A DNA stretch of 64,000 nt, from the NCBI GenBank assembly GCA_951406725.2, contig OX597826.1:33790001-33854000 (forward strand). The letters are read 5' to 3'. The stretch comes from Octopus vulgaris (taxonomy: Eukaryota). The position numbers and the translations under genes are program-made. Shown one piece after another: positions 56,174 through 64,000 of this stretch (the first letter of the stretch is position 1; the number at the start of each line of letters is the position of its first letter). The notes beneath the pieces are model-generated. The model had not been told where the DNA came from, made no database searches, and was given only the letters and a program-made list of their open reading frames with translations.

Positions 56174-56216
<43 letters not shown>

Positions 56217-57139
56217 AGAGAGAGAAAGGGTGAGAGATATACTCAGTGTCTTTGGGTGTGTAGGTGTAATGGGTGGGGTGCAATTACAGAAGATGCAATT
56301 AGAATACAAACGACCAGTAAAAACAAAGTGATGATAAAATAAAGACCTGGTCTGTGTGGGTGATATTAACAGAGGTGGGCGGGGCATAAGCAAAGAGAAT
56401 TTAATGAGCAAAGAGAAGGAGGAAAGGCGAGGGAAGGAGGTAGAGGAGGAAGTGAAGATGAAGAAGATAATGTAAGGAAGGGCTTGTGTCACAGATGAGA
56501 GACAGTTAATGGTTCCTTTAATTTTCCTCATTTTGTTTTGCATTACGATGGAGATTTGAGGTAATGGAGAACTAGGATATATTCCTGTATATAGATAGGT
56601 ATGTATTTATTGAGCACATGTGCCTGTGTTTGTTTGTGTACATGTGTGTGAATGTATGTATATACACATACGTATGTTTACATACATAAATGCATACATA
56701 CATATATACATACATACATGCATACATATATACAAATGCGTATAAGCATGTCTACATTGTTAGTATATACATGAGTATTTATATTCATATATATATTATA
56801 TGTGTATATGTAATATATTTACATTCATATAGATATATAGACATGTACATACATACACACACATATATATATATGCACACACATATATTATAAGTATATA
56901 TTTTATATATGATATATATATAAAATATATACATATATACATATATATACATACATATATATATGTATATAAGTATATCTATACATATATATCTGTATGT
57001 ACACGTACACACACACACACACACACACGCACACACATGTATATATTCATGTGTAAACATTTTATGTTAGGCTGTCAAATATTTTTTTTGATTTGTTTCC
57101 ATTTATTTTAATCCTTTTTTTTGCCAACCCTTTTAGCAA

Positions 57140-57225
57140 ATCATTCAACAATACATATTCTCCTTCATTGTTCACGATTTCTTAGTAAAGTTCCACTCTC
57201 TTATCAATGCCTTGATGATAGATAT
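57140..57225 (-). mobile_element. Mariner transposase C-terminal fragment
   Basis: Minus strand YHQGIDKRVELY*EIVNNEGEYV resembles the mariner terminus (GI..L..RW..V....GEY). Confidence 0.55.
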
Positions 57226-57529
57226 CCCCAGGTCTTGCTTCAAAGAATTCATGGAATCAAGTTTTCATTTCCACTTCATTGTTGAACAAAATGCCAAGCA
57301 GACAATTGGTGAGTGATCAAAGCTATTCATCCTCTGAAAATATTAAACCAGGAGAATATACAGGTCGTGGTTGACTTATGACCTATCTGACTTATGACCG
57401 ATCAACTTTATAGTTATTGGCGTGATGGCTCTCGGCAGCAATAATAAATAGTCCAGTTGAAATCTAATGGGTTTAATGTCTTAGAAATTAACTCTTCTAC
57501 AGATAACATCAGCAAACAAACATTTCCCC

Positions 57530-58030
57530 TGGTGAGAGTTGTACAGAAAGTTTGGGCTAGAATGTTTGGAAAAGTGGTAAGAGCATCAGTGTTTGCCAGT
57601 AGTAGAGAATGATTAGATGAAACTCACATAGGATATGCCAATATACACTGATAAGAGGCTGTAACATAAAAGACCAGGTATTATTTACCTATACAAGGAG
57701 TCCAAAGAATGGATGTTCATTGATGCTGACCAGAATATTGTTAAGACAAAGAATCAGAAAGTTGGGAAGTACCAAGACATAAGAATGGAAATGAAATAAA
57801 TCCAGAGAGCCTCAGATGTGAGTGTGGTACCTATTGTGATCAGTGCAGTTTGCACCATCTCAAAAAAGCAATATTTTGGCATCAAAAGCTGCCAGTATCA
57901 ACCTTTATAGGAAGCATTCAGTCAGCGCCAATACTTGGAACAGCTCGTGTTGAGAAAAGTGTTGCATCTCTAAGCTGTGGGATGGAGTTCAGATGTGACA
58001 TGGATAAATCAGCTGTTAAGTGGATAAATG
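57530..58030 (+). mobile_element. R4/Dong-clade retrotransposon, decayed RLE domain and 3' end
   Basis: KW*EHQCLPVVEND..DMPIYTDKRL*HKRPGI..KVGKYQDI..VSVVPIVISA..ILGTARV..RKVLHL*, followed by (AAC/AAT)n. Confidence 0.75.
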
Positions 58031-59001
58031 ATTAACAACAACAACAACAAAAACAACAAAAACAACAACAACAACAATAATAATAACAACTTTCTTTATC
58101 ATCTTAATAATTGTTATCCTCCTTCATTGCAATTATCATCACCACCAACACCATCATCAATATCAACATCAACATCATTATCAATATTGTATTCTGACAT
58201 GCATTGGTTATGTCTGCCATATATCATCTTAACTGTGACATCTTATCTATGAATCTCTGCAATTCTTAGGTCTTTCTTCACTGCCAATGCTGCCATCCTT
58301 CACATAAATTCTTCCATCGTTATCTTCCATAGATATCCTCCCCTGACAAAACACTCAACATGTTTTCTCACTCTTCCCGTTTACTCTTCATTTAAAACCC
58401 ACTTATGTACTAATGCTGTTGTTTCTCTTGAAGACATTTTACGATTCCTTCATCAGTCCATTTGCTTTTTTCACTTCTGGATAATTCAAGTAATTGACTT
58501 TACTAATCACGATAATGAGCGATTTAAATAAATATTTATTCTAAAATTATTGACTCAATCATTTATATTAGTCTCTCAAGTCACAACCAACTGTGTCAAC
58601 AGACTCTGTTTCCGAAGGCTTCCTGCAATCTGTTGTGGAAGTTCTTGCTGCCCTCTCATTAATTCACACTTTTTTTATTTTTTCTAATTAGATCAATACT
58701 GGAAGAATTTTTCTTGCTTTATTTTATGAATATCTCAAAACATGTTTAAAATAAGACAAGCCCTTGAATTTAAGAATCCTCCCCACTAAAAAAAAAAAAA
58801 CCTTCATGCAAACTATGAAAGTCTAAATACCCACAGACACACATTCACATGTAGACATGCACATGTGTGAGTATGTGTGTAACTGCTAGATGAGGCGGTA
58901 GAGTGTCAAAGTCTTATGTATGTCCGTCTGTCTTTATGTCTATATCCAACCATCCATCCATCCAGCCATCAATCTTTCCCTCTCACTCTCTCTCTCTCTC
59001 C

Positions 59002-59336
<335 letters not shown>

Positions 59337-59512
59337 ACACACACACACATATATATGTATATATAAAATATGAATTAGAGATAAAACCACTATTAGGCAA
59401 CTCAATTTTTATACTGTGAAATTTGATTTAATACTAAATCTATTTTTCCCTGTAAGTCTGGAGCCATACTCCCTAATATTATTATTATTATTATTATTAT
59501 TATTATGATTAT

Positions 59513-59561
<49 letters not shown>

Positions 59562-59589
59562 CACATATATACATATTATTATTATTATT

Positions 59590-59996
59590 TGAAAGGGCTA
59601 AAGTCAGACACTTTGCTCTTTGGCCAAGGCCTCATCAACTTTTTCAAGTTCCACTTGAAAAGGAACGTGAGAGTAGAGTGGGAAGTGTTGGCTCGTAGCA
59701 AATTTGTTGAAACGTGGGTGAATGTCGGTAAAATGGCCAGAATGAATGGACCAATTCTGAGATTACCTGTAAAAAAGGAATATAAAAGGAGAACGGGCTC
59801 TCTTCACATTTACTCCACGAGTAACTTTTCAAAGCGCCTCCCCAAATTAGGAGATTTTTTTTACTTGTTAAATTTCTCTTGTTAACATATGTTTAAACAG
59901 ACCTTTCTTTTTCGCAAAACCCTTGGTTTTTATTGTCCTGTGTTTGGCCTTTCATGTTTTTGATTTTATATTAGCTCTTGCGGCTAATAAAGCCAG
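59590..59996 (+). mobile_element. Probable Tx1/L1-like LINE 3' end
   Basis: LKGLKSDTLLFGQGLINFFKFHLKRNVRVEWEVLARSKFVETWV, then a T-rich 3' UTR ending gcggctaataaag. A similar UTR end lies at about 44815-44945. Confidence 0.5.
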
Positions 59997-60134
59997 AATT
60001 TATTATTATTATTATTATTACTTTTTTTTTTTCTTCTTTCAAATTTGCTTCCATTTCTTGCCGAGTGTCTTCCCGACTCCTAGGGCAAAGAAACTCATAG
60101 TATACTATTATTATTATTATTATTGTTATTATTA

Positions 60135-60532
60135 TTATTTTGTATTTGACTTTTGCTGTGTATATGTTCAAGTTGGCTCCAAGTCTCACCCAGAGACCTC
60201 AAGAGACAACAAGTTAGTAGTTCTTGTTGGTGTTATGCCTAGGGTGACATATATTTGGTTTTGTACATAGTGTTGTTCTAGAGAATGTTTAAGAAACCAT
60301 AAGAAACTTATGAATTCATTTTAAAATTTGAGATTACATAGACAGTATATCGGCAGTTTCCATGAGCACTATCTTTTGAATTTCTGCCATTTTGGAGTTT
60401 CCTGGTATCTGAGCTAAGTAGCAATCAGCCCCTTTTGTTATTATTCCTAGGGCACCTATGACAACAGATATTGTTTTAATCTTCAGGTTCCACATTATGC
60501 CAATTTCTATTTCAAGATGATTATACTTGCTC
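60135..60532 (-). mobile_element. R4/Dong-clade retrotransposon 3' fragment
   Basis: Minus strand SKYNHLEIEIGIMWNLKIKTISVVIGALGIITKGADCYLAQIPG..EIQKIVLMETADILSM*; flanked on both sides by (TTA)n. Confidence 0.85.
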
Positions 60533-60544
60533 TTTATTTATACC

Positions 60545-60599
<55 letters not shown>

Positions 60600-60620
60600 T
60601 CAAACAGTTTGATATATATA

Positions 60621-61344
60621 CAGGGTGGTGCAAAAGTAGGTATATAGTTATGAAAAAGTGAAAACATGTATAATACTCATTTATTTTTATCAAAAAACTT
60701 AAAAGTTACAATAAAAGTATCATTATAGTTAATGATAAATATATTATCATGATTAACGACACAGAAAATATTTTAAAAAATGAAGCTAATTTAATATGCT
60801 AATAAATTAAGTATTATAGCCTTTTTTACTCTAGACACAAGCCCTGAAATTCTTGTGGTGAGGGCCAGTTGATTAGATCGACCCCAGTATGCAACTGGTA
60901 CTTAATTTATCAACCCTGAAAGGATGAAAGGCAAAGTCAACCTCAGCAGAATTTGAACTCAAAACGTAAAGAAAATTAAATGCTGCTAAGCATTTCGCCC
61001 GGCATGCTAACGTTTCTGCCAGCTCACTGCCTTATAAAACACTCACATATTCTTTTCTGATCTAAGCACAACGCCCGAAATTTTTGGGGAGGGAGCCAAT
61101 CGATTAGATCGACCCCAGTACACAACTGGTAATTAATTTATCGATCCCTGAAAGGATGACAGGCAATATCAACCTAAATGGAATTTGAACTCAGAACGTA
61201 ATGACAGACAAAATACTGCTGAGCATTTTGCCCATCGTGCTAACGATTCTGCCAGCTCGACACCTTAAATTAAAAATTATAATGAATTAAGAATTATAAC
61301 ATTGATGTGATACTTACTGTGTTACTACTTTTGCACAGCCCCTG
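60621..61344. mobile_element. Tc1/mariner-like non-autonomous element containing two tandem SINEs
   Basis: TA-cagggtggtgcaaaagtag ... ctacttttgcacagcccctg-TA; minus-strand SINE copies at about 60830-61035 and 61050-61268. Confidence 0.7.
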
Positions 61345-61974
61345 TATATTTTATATTTTATACTTTTGTGTTGATATTTTATATTTTATATATTTATATA
61401 TTCATATATAAAATATTTTACATTTTATATTTATATATTTATACATAAAATATTTTATATTTTATATTTATATATTTATATATCTATTTATAAAGTATTT
61501 TATATTTTATACTTTAGTGTTAATATTTGGTTATGTGTGTATATATATACATGTCAGCTGAGAGCTGTATACAATGTACATATATATATATGTTTATACA
61601 TGACTGTGTATATGACATTGTTATCCAGTTCAGCAGCGAACGAGAGGGCATCTGTAAAGTCACCCTTTTAAGATGAAGTCAGACTAGTCAGAGATTATGG
61701 GGGAAATAGTTTAAGCAAGAATTATTGGATGAAGGAAACCCACTTAAAAGCATTCCAGACTGTGCTTGTCATCAACGGGGACCACACCGACATCAACATG
61801 GACAATGGGGACAACGACAACGATGACAACAACAACAACAATGGTTTCAAGAGTGTGGACAACAACAAAAAGAAATATAAGAACAGAGAAGAAGCCAACA
61901 GCATCTGTAATATCCTTCACAACAACCAAAAACCAAAGTTGCAGCTGAGGATGATGGTGCTGACACAGTTGAGG

Positions 61975-62455
61975 ATAATGTGGTGGTGGTGGTAGTGGTA
62001 ACAGTGATGATGGTGACAATGATGACAATGATGTTGGTGGTGGTGGTAGTGGTGATGATAGTGGTAATGATGAGGATGATGATAATGATGGTGGTTGTAG
62101 TGGTGGTGGGGTGGCAGTTGTGGTAGTGGTGATAATGACAGTGGTGGCTGTGATGGTGGTTGTGGTGATGATGATGTTGATTTGGTGATGAACATGATAA
62201 TGATGATGATGGTGATGATGACAATAATGAAGATGATGATGATGATGATAGTGACAATGATGACAATGACGTTGGTAGTGGTGGTGGTGGTGGTGGTGGT
62301 AGTGGTAATGATGAAGATGATGGTGGTTGTAGTGGTGGTGGAATTGCACTTGTGGTAGTGGTGATAATAACAGTGGTGGTTGTGATGGTGGTTGTGGTGA
62401 TGATGATGTTGATTTGGTGATGAAGATGATAATGATGATGATGGTGATGATGACA

Positions 62456-62487
<32 letters not shown>

Positions 62488-62564
62488 GATGGTGGTGACA
62501 ATGATGATGACGATGATGATGTTGACAATGATGATTATGATGATGCTTTAGTGATTATTATGAC

Positions 62565-62602
<38 letters not shown>

Positions 62603-62810
62603 CAACGATGATGATGAAGATGATGGTAAAGGTGCTTTAGTGATGATGAGGATGATGATAAAGGTGCTTTAGTGATGATGATGATGATGATGATGAGGAT
62701 GATGATGATGATGATGGTGGTGCTTTACTGATTATGATGATAATGATGGTGATAACGATGATGGTGTTTTAGTGATGATGATGATTATGATGATGACGAC
62801 GACAACGGCA
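61975..62810. repeat. (GAT/GGT)n tract with a 232-bp internal tandem duplication
   Basis: Anchors tggtagtggtgataat at 62121/62353 and gatttggtgatgaa at 62179/62411. Confidence 0.9.
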
Positions 62811-64000
62811 ACGATACATCCAAATCAGCAGGGACTACTGATTCTGTTAAACCTACAAAAGACAGAATGGACAGTGATAAACTAAATTTCTTCTTTCTTA
62901 TGAATATTTATTTCATAATATTCTTCCTTGCTTTTACCTTACCATTTTCGTAGCCATTTCAACTCTTACTATCGTTGCTCTTCATAATTTTTCTTCTCAT
63001 TTCATTTCGTATTTCTTCAGCTTGGTCTTCTTATTACTGCATTATCATCTTCTTCCTCATCCTCTCTGTTATCTTCATCTTCTTTTTCATCTACATAATG
63101 ATCTTTTGGTCACAAATATAGCAATCACTAATACTATACAAATACAAAAATCCACAATAAACACAGCTCAAAACAAACTGGATACACACACACATACATA
63201 CACACACATACATACATACGTACACAAACTTATACATACATACATACACATGCATACATACATACAAACACATGCATACATATACATACACGCACACATA
63301 CATATACATACATACACACATACATACATACACATATATACATACATACATCATATATATATCTGCTAAATGAGTGCACATATAATATGTATATATATAT
63401 GCATATATATAAGTACATATATATATATACACACAGATACACACACAAATGCATATATATATATATACACAAAAATATGTCTGTACATATATGTATATAT
63501 ATATATTTAAAATATATATGTGTACACATACACATGTATATTGGCTGTATACACATGTGTGTATTACACACACACACACACTATATATATAGTGTGTGTG
63601 TGTGTGTGTTTATATAGGAAAGGAGAGGGAGAGAGGGGCAAGACATTTGTAGAACATGAGACAGCAGTGCTGCCACTCCAACTCAGAACATACCAGCTTA
63701 TATCAAATATCAAAGTATAAAACAAAAACAAAAGAAATGGAAAGAAAACAAAGCATAAAAATATGAGGGAAAAATTTACTCAAGAAACCACAGGACAAGA
63801 ACAATGGCGGAAAAGACAATACATGTCAATAATAACAACAACAAAACCACATCACCAATAACAACAACGACAACACCAATAACAACCACAGCAGCAACAA
63901 CAAAAACAATGATGTCAGTGACGATGACGAAAAGAAAATAGGAAAAATACTAAAAGCAAAGATTTGAAACCAGAAAACAAATGAAAAAAAAAAGAAAAAA

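Noticed and set aside
58405-58461. Minus-strand CTGATGA..GAAA as a hammerhead
   Set aside because: Stem II is weak and there is no palindrome or UH site; too degenerate to call.

Overview
This is AT-rich eukaryotic non-coding DNA (intronic or intergenic), saturated with microsatellites. The SINE families and repeat composition most resemble an octopus (coleoid cephalopod) genome; that assignment is inference. I can support no host-gene exon, and almost every ORF in the track is a translation artefact of (TA)n/(CA)n/(GAT)n/(AAT)n repeats. Real coding remnants are two Penelope-like retroelements (PLE; RT plus GIY-YIG endonuclease) at 7236-9107 (decayed) and 14392-17030 (5'-truncated, one frameshift, with a 3' pseudo-LTR carrying CCAAT/TATA boxes and a minimal hammerhead ribozyme), a third PLE RT fragment, and fragments of R4/Dong, RTE, CR1-like and Tx1/L1-like LINEs and mariner. 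Many tRNA-derived SINEs and several MITEs are also present. The most notable signal is an RNA-level Penelope ecosystem: about 12 minimal type-I hammerhead ribozyme (HHR) motifs from about 6 repeat families. These include a non-autonomous palindromic element (11295-11709, 39922-40428, 52368-52690; partial copy at 31490-31636) that fuses a tRNA-derived Pol III head to an HHR-containing unit. It has a Penelope-style inverted arm with an extra ~32-nt tail and 12-14 bp target-site duplications, making it a candidate Penelope-mobilised ribozyme SINE. All structures were read by eye and need computational confirmation.
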